64,000 nt of DNA. Origin: Eledone cirrhosa (Eukaryota). Positions within the stretch are counted from its first letter, which is position 1. Each line of letters starts with the position of its first letter. A program made the translations under genes and the position numbers. Below the pieces are notes generated by a model that was given only the letters and a program-made list of their open reading frames with translations, did not search any database and had not been told where the DNA came from. Shown piece by piece: positions 39,841 through 53,354 of this stretch. The stretch spans positions 18,786,001-18,850,000 of the forward strand of contig OZ024742.1 of the NCBI GenBank assembly GCA_964016885.1, in the 5' to 3' direction.

Positions 39841-40054
39841 TGTTGAGGGCTCAAGAAAAAACATATAAGCTAAACCTCCAAGGAATCTGGAACAACTGTT
39901 GTATTTCTCAAGAACAGTAATAAGAATGAATATGATCTACATAACTGTTGTGTTGTAACCATTACTATAGGGCACAGTTTTGTCGACCTCCTCGCGGTGG
40001 GGTCTGGAACTGATTACTGATCTCTGATCTCGACCAGGCGAACAACAACAACTT

Positions 40055-40340
40055 CTGCTTTGTCCATTTATTCTTGAGAGCATCGAGAGGGCAGAGTCCT
40101 TAAACACTGCTAGTGGGTCTTATCAGAAGCAACCGTCTCCAACTGATCCGGCTGGATCCCCAAGAGAGAGCACCCAAGCTCATGGATGTTATCCAGCCAT
40201 CTTGTTCGGGGTCTACTCTGAGTCTCCTGTCGGTTGGTTTTGCCCGTAAAATCTGTCCAGCTATTCTTTCCTGGGTCATTCTACCCACATGCCCATAAAA
40301 TTGAAGGTGTGATCTTTGAATTCGGAGAAGTAGACGTACT
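40055..40340 (-). mobile_element. RTE-like LINE 3' fragment
   Basis: Minus translation GHVGRMTQERIAGQILRAKPTDRR..RPRTRWLDNI. Confidence 0.75.
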
Positions 40341-40886
40341 CTATCGAGTTACGTTACTCCAGAGACCTTTCGAGGGAACCCCATTTCGGGAGCTTGTATC
40401 TACTAATGAAATTCCAACAGTTATAAATAAATTTTACCTTAACTATCTATACGTTACAACTAGAAATTTCCTACCAGCAATACACTGAGGTAAGTCATTT
40501 GACTATAGAAACTTTTTCTCAAATTGTAGTTTAAAAAAAAAAAAATCAATGCATTATTTCAATATCTCCTAGCAACAAGAATCCACTTCAGATAAACTAT
40601 TCAATATGGTTGACTTATTTTCTTCTTATTTTATTTATTTATTTGCTATCGTTATTTTGTTGTTGTTGTTGTTGTTTTAGATATGAATTATTAATTGCTA
40701 TGTTGTCTAGTGGCGATATTGGATAAATTGTAGTGTAGAAATATACATTTATAACTAGGGATGAAACTATAATACTGTATCAAGTAGCTAGGTAGCTGAC
40801 CACACACTCACATACACATACACTCACCTCCTTCTTCACACATGTATATATATATGTGTGTGTGTGCGTATATGATTATATTTATT

Positions 40887-40977
40887 CACGTGTGATACGC
40901 GTTTCGCGATCGATCAGCTCAAGGTGCGATCGGTATCGATCTGGCCCGACTCTGAAATCGATAGCTCATCAGACGTG
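40887..40977 (-). ncRNA. Hammerhead-like motif with extended stem II
   Basis: Minus strand CTGATGA-GCTATCGAT..ATCGATCGC-GAAACGCGTA. Stem I register is imperfect. A related inverted copy lies at 41400-41526. Confidence 0.55.
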
Positions 40978-40990
40978 TGGATTCATGTAT

Positions 40991-41036
<46 letters not shown>

Positions 41037-41037
<1 letters not shown>

Positions 41038-41241
41038 AGTATACAAGTTTTAATATAAATGAGATTCTACAGGACTAGAACTGTTTCATTCTTTAGAAAT
41101 CATCAGGAATGATGATTTCTAAAGAATGAAACAGTTCTAGTCCTGTAGAATCTCATCTATATTAAAACTCGTATACTCTGCTATGTATTGAGTACCTTAG
41201 TTACTGTGGTTACCTCCGATTCAACCCGGAATAACTTACCT
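41037..41241. mobile_element. (TA)n-flanked Penelope-type fold-back element (about 138-bp palindrome plus tail)
   Basis: 41039-41104 pairs with 41111-41176. Confidence 0.75.
41064..41110 (-). ncRNA. Type I hammerhead ribozyme
   Basis: Minus strand ATTC-CTGATGA-TTTC taaa GAAT-GAAACAG ttctagtc CTGTA-GAAT. GUA cleavage triplet. Confidence 0.72.
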
Positions 41242-41815
41242 ATATATATATATATATATATACAGGAAGTGTAAGCTGAAGTTACTGTAGGTTCACCCAG
41301 GTGAGAACTCAATGTTTAGGTTCACGTCAGTAGCGAAGTGTAGAGCTACACGGAGTGTAAATATAATAATACAAGGACGAATGGTTACTCCTTCATTACA
41401 TTTATTGGTTGGTGACGTGCATTTCGCTATTGATTCCAGACGAACTTTTGATTCCAGAGTTGGGCCAGATCGATACAGATCGAACCTTGAGCTGATCAAT
41501 AGCGAAACGCGCATCACCAATCAATAATCGTAAATGAAGGCTTAACAAATCGTCCTTGTATTATTATATAAGTGCGTGTTTGTGTACTTGTGTAAGTCAA
41601 TGAAACTGTAAATGTATATTTGTTAATAGATGTTTATGTAAAGTAAAAAAAACTTCACTTTTAATTTGGTCATTTAAGTTTAACAATGTATTTTCATTTA
41701 ATTAAAGAAATGTTCTACACATTCCACATCCGAGCAACGCCGGGTTACCCTACAAGTATTAACAATCATACTCTATTTAATACTTTAAGAAATCAGAGAA
41801 GTGTAAATAGCCACG

Positions 41816-41852
<37 letters not shown>

Positions 41853-42612
41853 TTTTTATCATTCAGTAGAGATAATTATTCTAGGAGGCGAATTAGCAGA
41901 GTTGTTAAAACGTCGGATAGAATGTTCTGCAGAAGCCGTCCCGGCGCTCTGCTCTCTTAATTCAAATCCTGCTACGGCCAACTTTGCATTTCAATTATTC
42001 GAAATAGATATAAGAAGTACCTGTCTAGTACTGGGATTGATTATTCCTCTTTATCTCTTTCTCACTCTCACTTTTCATCCTTATTTGGGAGGGGCGCCAC
42101 CAAGGTTAAAATGCTCAAGAAACGTCGTATGCTCCCAGGGCGCCACTACGACTAGATCTGGAGTTACGAGTCCATGCCAGCATAATGATTCTCACTACCA
42201 ACACCTACACACATTAATACATAACACCAACAGAAATACTGAGCAAACAATATAACATGCATAAGATAGTGCACAATCATGACCAGAACTGACAATAATC
42301 CTGAATTAAATAAATAGCTAAAGTGATAGGAGCCAATAGTTTACTGTAATAAAGAAATCACTAACTTATTACCAGAAAAATATCTAATGTCTACCCCCTC
42401 CTGTGTATCTAAATCATCTTCTTCATATGTCATCTATTGCACAACATTCAAAATATTGATATATTCTTATCTAACATACTGAGAAATCTATTCTTTTCGC
42501 CAATAATGTTTCTGTTGTCTTGTTATCTTAACGTTTATACTTTATCAATTTCATATAAATAATCTTTTTAGATTTATCATTTTACTCATGAGTATTTTCT
42601 TCATTGTGAACG

Positions 42613-42940
42613 TAACATGGCTAAATGATTAACAAGTTCGTTTCGCAATCATCAGGTCTCGGGTTCAATACCACAGTGTGACATCTTGGTCAAATGTCAG
42701 TCGCTCTAGCCCCAGGTCGTGTGAAATTTAGTAGACGGAAACTGTTTAGAAGTCCGTCGAATGGACTGTAATTCAAAGGACTAGGGTTTTTCACACACTG
42801 CGTCACGCTAAATCTCCCTGAGATTTCCACGAAGGCTACATGTATCTGTGGAATACTCTGCCATTTACATGTTAATTTAATAAACAGGCTGTTCCGTTCA
42901 ACGATCAACTGGAGCACTCATCATCGAAACCAACGGAGGT
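42613..42940 (+). mobile_element. tRNA-derived SINE (family B-related)
   Basis: A-box TGGCTAAATGATTAA, B-box GGTTCAATACC, tail shared with 23525-23815. Confidence 0.75.
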
Positions 42941-45219
42941 CCGATCTATTAGATGGACGTAAAGCGCGGAATTGACAGAACTGTCGAAATATCTGACAAA
43001 AATGCTTACCTTATTTTTGCAATTCTTTACGTTTTAACCTTCAAGGGCCAATAAAAATAATGTACCAGTCGTAATACTAGGGGTCATATAATAAAATCCA
43101 GTACTGAGGCTGATTTAATCGACGAACCACTTTCTATACCAGAAATCCTTATCAGAGGGACATATTTCTATTACCTTCTTAAATGATTAGTTTTCTTGGG
43201 AAAGATTTTCTCAAAAGACTTAAATGAAACTATATAGCAAAATGAAGCACATCTAACGAGTGTTATGTATTCTGTGGATTATATTTTTTACTGGCTTTAT
43301 TTACATGTATTTTAGTATAAAAAATATAATGCTATGTGACACGGGGAATATCATTAACCCAATAATAACATAGTTGGTATTAAATGTGTAAAAATTAACT
43401 TAACTCTTGTCATTCATGCGGATGGAGCTTATGAGTAATTTTATCTCTAAAATATTGTAATTTTCTATGCGAAACTAACTTTCTATATTGCAAATTATCT
43501 TAGTGGTTCAATCATAACGATGGTGTAGTCTTCTATAGTTTTTGTCTTTTATAGGTAAATACAATATAGGTAAATACAAATAAATGAATAAGTAAATAAG
43601 TGTTGAAGTTCTCTCTCTTTCATTCACTGTGTCCGTCTCTCTTGCTCACCCATCTTTTACTATTATAAGCAAATAGGGGCCCACGTGCTGACCGCTCCAC
43701 GGTCCGGGCAGCAGACAGAATAGAGAAGGCGTTTCCTGGGAGGATGGTAAGGGAGACGCGTTGGAAGAGCCACCCCAGTTCGCGAGGCTAAATATTGTAC
43801 ATTATCGTAGTGATTCAATAATGACTGTTTTTACAAAGACGATGAAGTGTGTTTCCACGATGAAGATTGATAAGTCTGAAACATGTCCCAAGTTGAATAC
43901 CATACATGAATAATTAAAATATATTCTTAAATGATTAATGTTGTTTCCCACTGCACAATTATTTCTAGTTGGTTCTTTAATGATCTCTGCTTTAAATACT
44001 AACTTATTTTGAGTGTTACTTTCTTCTGTCGGGTTTACTTCGAATGACAAAGCTCATACTTCTTTTTACGTTGTCAGTTGAGGCAATTTTATCGATTTTT
44101 TTTATTTGTTAGTGAAATTGTACTGGATTTATGAAGACGACTGGTGCAATCCTGTTGTCATGTCATTCCTATAAGAGCAATCATTAACCAATGAGTATGT
44201 TACACTATTATTTGATTTGACAAAGTGAAATATTTTAGTTTATCGACTGGGAATTTCAATGATCAGTTTACAGCAACCCTCGATGCACAGTCCGAGACAG
44301 CTGGCTTTTCATTACTTTGTCTTACGGTAAAAATAATTTATAAATTGGTAAAAATAATTTATAAATTATTCAAATGAAAACAAAATAAAAATTACTTCCA
44401 CCTTATTTACTCAATGGTACCTGACTTTTTCTAAAGTATTAATTCTATTTAAATGAAGATCCCTTGTGGTTTACAAATTATAATTAATTTTCTCTTCATA
44501 AAATTAAAAAGAAACAAACGAATTAAAAATATTTTGCTGAGAATATCTCTTCAAGAAAACATTGTTAATTATCATCTGTCTGCGTATAGATTTTAATGAA
44601 TGATCAATTAATTAAACAATAAGACATATAATCTCGGGGATTTCAATGGTGCCATATTGGGTGCACTACCAAACGTAATGCAATCAGTCATCTGGTTGAA
44701 AATAAATTCCAGTATTTCTCAATGAAGCCTTACTGCTACTTTCTAAATGTATGAAAATCTATCAATTGGAATGACATTTAATATTTAAATAAAAGTAAAA
44801 AAAAAAAAAAAAAATCGTGTTTGATTACAATTTATAATAATTTCAAAATATTCCATTATTAAGATAGAAAGATGTACTTTTGTTACATTTTATATAAGCA
44901 TTTTGTAATATATCGCTCCATTAATATTCCAGCAGGGTGTGGAATATATTATTGTTATATTCATTTAATAGAAACCTTGTGGTACAGAGTATACGGAAAT
45001 TCTACATGTTGATCTAAGCCAGAGAGAAGCTATGCATATGGAAACTCTACAAACTTAATCTAATCTGTAAGATTTTTTTCATTAGTTTGTATAAGAAAAA
45101 TATGATTTTGCATCGTACATTAGAACTGAATTAGTTTCTCTAGAATATACTGAGACATACAATTTTGTCGCTTCTTTTATCAATCTGTTGGAGTCCCTAG
45201 TATGATACAGTCGAAATAG

Positions 45220-45600
45220 TGATTTCTAAAATAGGTTCAAGGCCAGGAATTTGGGAGAATGCAGACCTCCCACCCACTTTGGGGCGGGTGAGAGATGTCT
45301 TCGCTTGTGAAAATGGGTATAGCTTTTATTACGTAAAATCTCCCTATTTTGCTTCATTTCTCCCCGTTTTGGCGCACGTTTTTTCATGGTTCTCCCCGTT
45401 TGGGATTTTAGAGGTTGGTAGGTCTGAGAGTGGGAAAGGTGAATATATTGACCCAGTACTTTACTGGAATTGTATTTTATCGATCTCGGAATGACGAAAG
45501 GTATAGTTGACCTCAGCGGGATTTGAACTCAGAATGTAAATTGCCGGGATAAACACCTCAAACCATTTTATCCAACGCTCTACCAATTCAGCCAATCCAT
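45220..45600 (-). mobile_element. Family A SINE interrupted by a MITE at 45262-45426
   Basis: SINE tail and core are separated by an insert with TIRs CAGACCTCCCA / TGGTAGGTCTG. Confidence 0.7.
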
Positions 45601-45747
45601 GACATGCTTTGTGCTTGTAAGATATTGATTCTCTAAAGAAGACATTTAACGACGCTCTTGAGAGTCATGTGTATTTTAAAATCGGGATATGGAGCTACTA
45701 CCATTAAAATGCTCTATATATCGTACTGGCTATTTCAATGAGATAAT

Positions 45748-45937
45748 TAATTGTTTCTACTTTAGGCACAAGGCCAGCAATTACCCAGTACATTACTGGT
45801 ACTTTATTTTATCGACCCCGTAAGGATGAAAGGCAAAGTTAACATTCGGCGGGATTTGAACTCAGATTGTAAAAGGACGTAACTATGCTAGAAAGCATGG
45901 CGTCCAGCCCTCTACCGATACTGCCAATTCACCGCCA
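45748..45937 (-). mobile_element. Family A SINE (young)
   Basis: Close match to consensus. Confidence 0.9.
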
Positions 45938-46120
45938 TGGAGTAATATTAATAATAGACTTTTGAAGTTGAAGTTGTGTGAGTGTTTTCTCGATAACAAA
46001 CATGCCGGATTACAAATAAAATTGTGATTTGAGAATTCTTTAAACTATGAGATATCATCAACGTCCACTTGAAAAGTCTGTGTAAGGAATATCTAGAATT
46101 TTAGAAAGATTAAGAGAGAC

Positions 46121-46165
<45 letters not shown>

Positions 46166-46523
46166 TAGGCATCGGCAGAGAGATTAGTAAATAGATAGAT
46201 AGATAAATAAGTAGATATGTAGATAAGTAGGTAGGTAGATAGATAGAGAGAGGGAGATAGATAAAAAGATAGATAGAGAAAACAGCGACAGAAAGAGAGG
46301 AATAGAGATAGAAGCAATTAGAGAAAGTTAAAGAGAGAAAGAGAAAAGTGAGATACAGGAATGTAGAGACAGGGAACAATGATCGTTATTATACAAATAG
46401 TCACACTCTATATGTCTATATGTAGGTGTATGTGATTACATTAGTACATCTTTCCTTCATTGTTCTGTACTGAGAAGAACATTGCCCCTCGGGCGTATTT
46501 TTCATAGTTTATATGTGTGTGTG

Positions 46524-46577
<54 letters not shown>

Positions 46578-46768
46578 GGGCGGGGGGAAATATGGGCAAA
46601 ATCACAACTGCGGTGCTAAATGGTTTGCGCTATCTCTATACCAACTCTGCATCTCCCCATATATTGAGAACCTCCGTAACTACTGATCTCCCCGATCTCA
46701 GCACCGCAGACTCTCTCTCCCTCTCTGTATATGTATTATATATATATTATATATATATTATATATATT

Positions 46769-46836
<68 letters not shown>

Positions 46837-46867
46837 AATACATAATAAACAACACAATATAATTATT

Positions 46868-46934
46868 CCATTATGAAAGGTTTCAGGAAACTAGACGATC
46901 CTTACAGAAACGTCCTGCTCGTTCATCAGATGAG
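46868..46934 (-). ncRNA. Degenerate hammerhead-like motif in (TA)n-flanked insert
   Basis: Minus strand CTCAT-CTGATGA..GAAAC..ATA-ATGG. Weak stems II and III. Confidence 0.4.
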
Positions 46935-46981
46935 ATAGTTATATATACATACTTACATACATTATATATATATATATATAT

Positions 46982-47368
46982 GGGCGGTGGATTGGCAGTA
47001 TCGGTAGAGGGTCGGACGCCATGCTTTCCAGCATAGTTGCGTCCCTTTACGATCTGAGTTCAAATCCCGCCGAGGTTAACTTTGCCTTTCATCCTTACGG
47101 GGGTCGATAAAATAAAAGTACCAGTAATGCACTGGGTAATTGCTGGCCTTGTGCCTAAAGTAGAAACAATTATATATATATATGTGTCGTGAATCGGCAG
47201 TATCGGTAGAGGGTCAGACATGCTTTCCAGCGTAGTTGAGTCCCTTTACGATCTGAGTTCAAATCCCGCCGAGGTTAACTTTGCCTTTCATCCTTATGGG
47301 GTCGATAAAATAAAGTACCATTAATATACTGGGTAATTGCTGGCTTTGTGCCAAAAGTAGAAACAATA
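46982..47368 (+). mobile_element. Two tandem family A SINEs
   Basis: A-box TGGCAGTATCGG, B-box GAGTTCAAATCC, core GCCTTTCATCCTTACGGGGTCGATAAAATAAAGTACCAG, tail GGCCTTGTGCCTAAAGTAGAAAC. Confidence 0.92.
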
Positions 47369-47380
47369 ATATATATATAT

Positions 47381-48353
47381 GGGTGCCTGGCACCTCGAGT
47401 GCCTACAGGCGCTCAATAGCCCTCTACCAAGCGAAAACGGCAATCAGCGGAGACTCCACTTCAACAATCTATACGGGATTAGTGAAGGATAAGTGCGACG
47501 ACGTTCTCGGGAAAACTCTAGGCATCGAGGAGGACGAACTGACCAGTCTGTTCGGGAGGACTTTCCGTCCAGGGCCTATTGATAACTTCCAGAGGTCTCT
47601 GGCCTGGCAGTGCTACCGAGGAGCTCTACCAGTTCGAGACAAAATCTACAGGCACGGACGCCCTGGCAGAGATCCTGCCTAAAGGACCTGTCCAAGATGC
47701 GAGCAGGACATCGAAACCGTTCTGCACGCAATTGTTCAGTGCCCAGGGGTGACCGACCTGTGGAATTATGTCGAACAGCTACTGTCACGTGTAGGACGCA
47801 TCCAGTTGTCAGCCGAGTCCATCGTGAGGATCACGCGGCCGCCTTCATTTAAGAACGAAGGAGAGGCGGCTTTCCTCTGTCTGGTGGCTATGGCGAAAGA
47901 GGTAATATGGTGGACGAGGTTAAAAGGTCTGAGGGCAAACACCTTTCTCTCCGAACAACAACTTATCCCCTTCTTTAAGTATCACTTCAGAAGGAAGGTG
48001 AGAGTGGAGAGAGAAGTGCTACACCTCAGTAAAATCGCTGAAAGGTGGGTGAATGTGGCGAAATGGCCCGAGTGAATGGGCCTTCTCTGTATATAAACCT
48101 GTAGGTTGAGGAAGATAAACCGAGGGAGACAGGAGCACCTACAAAACGTGTTCCAGGTGTTGAGGGTTGTTCTATCCACGGGGTGTAAAACAACCCTGTA
48201 GTAACGTTCCCCCCTATTGGGGATTTCAATTGTTATTTTATTATATATAGTTTATTGTTAATTATTAATGTTAAAGTTATATGATTTTTATGTAAAACCC
48301 CCGCCGTTACGACTTGTAATGTCCCATTTTGTACGCCCCTGTGGCAAATAAAG

Positions 48354-48358
<5 letters not shown>
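47381..48358 (+). mobile_element. 5'-truncated Tx1-like LINE (ORF2 C-terminus + 3' UTR) in (TA)n
   Basis: FGRTFRPGPIDNFQRSLAWQCYRGALPVR..LWNYVEQLLSRV..WWTRLKGLR, homologous to the ORF2 C-terminus. Frameshifted. (TA)n on both sides. Confidence 0.92.
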
Positions 48359-48387
<29 letters not shown>

Positions 48388-49119
48388 CATACAAATCTCG
48401 AAGCGTTTAGATAACAGATTTTTAAAGCTAAAAGTGTTGGCATCAGGAACAAGATCTGTCAAAATAGTGCAGAAAATAACTGTACGTACAGTGGTTTGTT
48501 ATAAATAGTTTATAGGGTAAAGAACCTTAGAGACAGAAAATGAAGTTCAGCGGTCGCTACGAAAGATCGAACCTCAGATCTCTCAGATAATCGCTGAATG
48601 CAGTAGCCTCTATATATCTTTCTCACTTCCTCTCTTTCATTTTATATTCTACTCTGGAAGAAATCGGTTGTATTAAGACATGGAGACGGTTGGGCTCAGC
48701 TAGGTTTAAAATACCCAAGAAACGCCATATACCATTACGGTGCCTCTACGACGCCAGTAGGTGTTACGTATGGGATCATACCAAACCATACCAGATATAT
48801 TATACAAAGAATATATTCCAAACAATTATGATTGATGCACAAAAAATAAAATACCACCTATAAATAAACATTGACAACACAAATAAATATATGGTTCGAT
48901 CTATATCCGGTGTGCTGGAATTTTTCAGTAAACAATTTTGGTTCTGTTTTTAATCAATTTTGTCATACGCGAGGAAGCGTTAAAAGACCAACGATTTTAA
49001 TTATTAATTTGTCTGGAAGAATACTTACAAGTTTGAGACAATGATGTCTTCAGCAGGATTCCTTTCGTTTAAAGGATATTTTTGGTAAATAATTATTTCA
49101 GACGATGTTATATATACAC

Positions 49120-49164
<45 letters not shown>

Positions 49165-49439
49165 TCTATATACATATATATATGGCTGTATCTATATATA
49201 GATATATTTGAAATATAATTATTTCATTTTTGTTTTATCTAGTGTTGTAGCTGTTTAGCCTCAGGTCTATCATGATAGAGCAGACCTGTGTATGAACGGC
49301 TTCCAACGCCTTTTTCTCGCGTATTCATAATTTAAAACTATATTATCGAATGTGGTACATTCTTTCAAGAAATTAGGATATCCTATAAGGAAGATTTCGC
49401 TGAATTCCTAGCAGGCCAATACAGGGGGGGGGGGGGGGG

Positions 49440-49735
49440 GGGCAATTGGCAGAGTGGTTAGAACGTCGGATAGAATGTTTTGCTGGATTTATTCTAGCTC
49501 TCTGCTCTCTCAATTCAATTGCCACCGGGGCCAACTTTGTCTTTCATTCATTCAAGGTCGATAAAGAAGAATATGAAGGAGAAGAAAGAATTATATAAAG
49601 TATTATTATTCCCACGATCTGAGTTCAAATCCCGCCGAGGTTGACTTTGTCTTTCATCCTTACGGGGTCGATAAAATAAAGTACCAGTAATGCACTGGGT
49701 AATTGCTGGCCTTGTGCCTAAAGTAGAAACGATTA
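49440..49735 (+). mobile_element. Family A SINE fragments (two, nested or adjacent)
   Basis: Head TGGCAGAGTGGTTAGAACGTCGGATAGAATG and two cores. Confidence 0.8.
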
Positions 49736-49740
49736 TTATT

Positions 49741-50970
49741 CCCACAGCGATAGTGCCCTTCTCAATACTTGTGCTAACTGTCAGTTAAAACAATTTTGTG
49801 CACTTTTTGCGGAGATGGTAAGTAATTTTCTGTTTCTTTTTTTTTATCATTTCCAGTGCTTCGACAATCACTGTTTTTATAACCACCTTGAGATGCCATG
49901 ATGTTTTCAATTTCACTAAGCTTATATTTTCTGAGCTGGTCAAATTCTTTTGCCGCAACATTGTGATCTTGTGGGATGTTCATATCAATCAATAATCAGA
50001 CTTTGTTATTTTGGTTTTTTACAATGAAATCTGGTTTATTAGTTTTAATGGTTCTGTTTGTATGAACAGGAAAATTCCAAAGAATCATTACATTTTCTTC
50101 CTCAGTTACAGCCTCAGAGTGATGCTTATACCATTTCTCAGCAGTTTTGATTTTATAATGCCGGCATATTTACCATGTAGATATTGGCAAACTCTGTCAT
50201 GCCTTGATGTATATTTTACTGATGCTAAAACTTTACATCCAGAGATTATATGGTCCACGGCTTCAATTTCATCTTTGCTGAAACGGCACTTTGGATTTAT
50301 TCTATTTTTCATCACATTGGCTTGATAGTTCCGGGTTAATAAGCTTTCATCTTGAGCAGGTAAGATGAAAGTTTCTCTATTTGCCTTTAACCCCGAGCTA
50401 CTTAAGCACACATGGGTGTGCTTCTAGTCAACATCAGCTTCTTTCTTACCGGTCATATATTTGCCATGCAGAGGTTTCTGCTCCAATGTTGATGGTAACT
50501 GTTCATGCTCTTTTTTCTTTTTCATTAATTTTACTTCCTTTGCAACAACAGTTGCATATCTTTTGCTCCCTTTCAAGATAGAATGAAACTTCAACGAGTT
50601 TCAACATCCAGTCTTTTGTTGTTTCAAGATATTTAGCCAGTTCACATGTGGTGGTTTTGTAAGAAACTTTAAACTGAGTCTAACCAAAGTTCTTGGATGG
50701 TAAAGATGATCCCCATCTGCCTTTGGGTGGTACATCTTATTACAAATCAGCAACGCACGAATATTTCTGTCAATTTTCTTTATTTCACTGATATTCCTGT
50801 TCAACACATTGAAGCTATAACTAACTGAAACTGCTAAGGAATTTATGGCTAATACCTTATGTGCATTTAGCTCAGATTTCAGAACTGCTCGTATTCTCCT
50901 AAAACATTCCTTCTTTATCTTCCTATTATCGCTCTGCCACGCAGTGCAGATGGATGATGCACCGGGTTAT
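49741..50970 (-). mobile_element. Degraded R4/Dong-like RLE LINE fragment
   Basis: KKIDRNIR, AQDESLLTRNY, KCRFS..DHIISGC..RHDRVCQYLH, NKPD, IDMNIP..K..KY. Many frameshifts. ATT repeats on the flanks. Confidence 0.8.
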
Positions 50971-51034
50971 TTAGTTATATGTCAAGTCGCAACAAGGATA
51001 TCATTATTATTATTCTTATTATGCTTTTAATAAT

Positions 51035-51296
51035 AATTGTTTCTACTTTAGGCGCAAGGCCAGCAATTTGGGGAAAGGAGAAAGTCTATTAAATCGACCC
51101 CAGTGCATTACTGGTGTTTTATTTTATCAACTCCCTTAGGATGACAAGCAAAGCTAAATCCCGCCTTGGTTAGCTTTGCATTTCCTCCTTACGGGGTCGA
51201 TAAATTAAAATACCAGTAATGCACTGGGGCTGATATTATCAATTTTCCCTTCCCACCAAAATGGCTGGCATTTTGGCTGAATTACAAATCATTATT
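51035..51296. mobile_element. Inverted pair of family A SINE 3' halves with almost no spacer
   Basis: Minus copy to about 51157 and plus copy from about 51158. Confidence 0.8.
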
Positions 51297-52252
51297 ATTT
51301 TCATATAAACCTGGTGGTGGTGGTGGGAGGGGGGCTCCATCAGGCTTTAAATTGCCCAAGATACTCTGTATGCTATTACGGCGCCCCCACGATTCCTTCT
51401 GGGGTTACGGGATCCTACTATACCATTATTATCATAAAATGGAAATTCAGGGAAGCTGATTGGTATAAATGTTAGAGAGTTGGACAAAGGCTTTTCGGTT
51501 GTTCCGGCTCTCTACGTCTGATATGAAATCTCATCGGAGTCAACTTTGGATTCCAACATTTTCGGCTCGATAAAATAAAGTACCAATTAGATAGTGGGAA
51601 CGATATAATCGACCACCTCTTCCCCCATTTTGCTGGCCTTGTGCTTAAATTAGAAACCAATACTAGGAGAAATGTTTTCGTTTTTATTGGCATGATCTCT
51701 TCTCTGTTAAAAAACAGCTTTTTTCTCTTCGTTGTCTGTCTACAAATCAAAATCTGTTTAATATAGTCTATGAATACTATGTAACAAATAACATTAATAT
51801 ACTATTAATACATAATTTATTAATCACATGCTGATTTTTAAAGCCTGCGTGGGTGGCTGAGAATAAAAATCTTTAGACTTAATATTTAAGATTATTCTTT
51901 AATGTAAAGGACTAATGGAGTCGTAAGGGCGCCGTCCTGACAGATGGCGTGTCTTGGACATTTTAAACCTGGTGGAGCACTTCCATCCCCAGGTCAGAAC
52001 TCTTCCAGTGAAGAATCCTTACAATATTTGTCTGGATCTTTATCTACCTCGTAAGGACGAGGGGCAATTATTCTTTAAATCAACCTAGAGGCGGCGAATA
52101 GGCAGAGTCGCTAGAAAGTCGGATAGAATGCTTTGCGGTATTTGTTCCGGCTATCTGTGCTCTGAGTTCGAATCCCTTCGATGTACACATTGCCTTTCAC
52201 CCTTCCAAGGTCACTAAAAAAATGGCTGGTTTAGTACAGGGGTCGAGGAGTC

Positions 52253-52325
<73 letters not shown>

Positions 52326-52528
52326 ACACACACACTCTTTTGCTGTGTTCAGGGCCGGAGAGACGATGCGCTCCGTTAGGTTTAAAGTATGTCACAATGA
52401 AGTCCCTATGACTCAGGATTTACAGGTCAATATATACATATTAATGCTACTTTTATATATACTTATGTGTACTGTGCTTATGTAGTTAATTTCCTCTTTG
52501 TACTTAATCGTTTACTTATATATACACC

Positions 52529-52562
<34 letters not shown>

Positions 52563-53198
52563 CTTATTACATTATAGGCCTGTTTTTATTTGCTTCGAAG
52601 TAATTTTCTATCTGTATCAGATACATATATTTGTCAACATCTACTTCTATTTGTCTTTACACCCGGTGGTGTCTAAATGTATTTTATACACCATTTTGCT
52701 ATCATAACGAAACACTATCAACAAATCACCAATTTATTACCCGAACTGTCTGGAGAACGTTAATGTATGCAAATCAGTTTGTTTGATCTTGTGATTTAAA
52801 AACACCACCTCTCTGGATAGTTAAAAGCTAAGAACACTCTAGACGGCCTCGCCTCCTCTTCACTCTACCTAAAAACTTGGTTACACATCATAGGCAGGGG
52901 ATTGGCAGAGCCGTTAAAACGTCAGATGGTTTGTAGCATGTATTTTGGATCTCTGCGCTCTCAGTTCAACTCCCGTCATGGTCAACTTTGCCTTTCCTTC
53001 TTTCAAGGTCGATTCTTCGGCTGTGTTCAGTAGTGATGGTCTCTGTTAGGATTAAAGTGTCCAAGACTGATTCTCATTACGGCTCTCCTACGACTATCGG
53101 GTGTTACGTGACCATACATACATAATACATCATAACACAGAGATTTTGTATAGAATTAATATAGAATTGGAGAGATGAAACAGTTTATATCAAATATA

Positions 53199-53354
53199 CT
53201 ATATTTCCCGGCGCCGAGGACGCTTCGTATTGAGGACGCGCCCTAATTTTGACAACCAAAACTTTGAAAAAAAATAATAAACATTCGGCATACAGGACGA
53301 TTTTTGAGACTTATTTGAGGAAAAAAGTAGTCTCTTCGACACCGGGAAATACGG
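53199..53354. mobile_element. Tc1/mariner-pogo type MITE with TA TSD
   Basis: TA-CTATATTTCCCGGCGCCGAGGA ... TCTTCGACACCGGGAAATACGG-TA. Confidence 0.75.

Noticed and set aside
46982-47070. tRNA genes
   Set aside because: A and B boxes are present but there is no cloverleaf, and they continue into the SINE body
49423-49442. Poly-G run as a functional G-quadruplex
   Set aside because: Homopolymer expansion at a SINE 5' end with no further support
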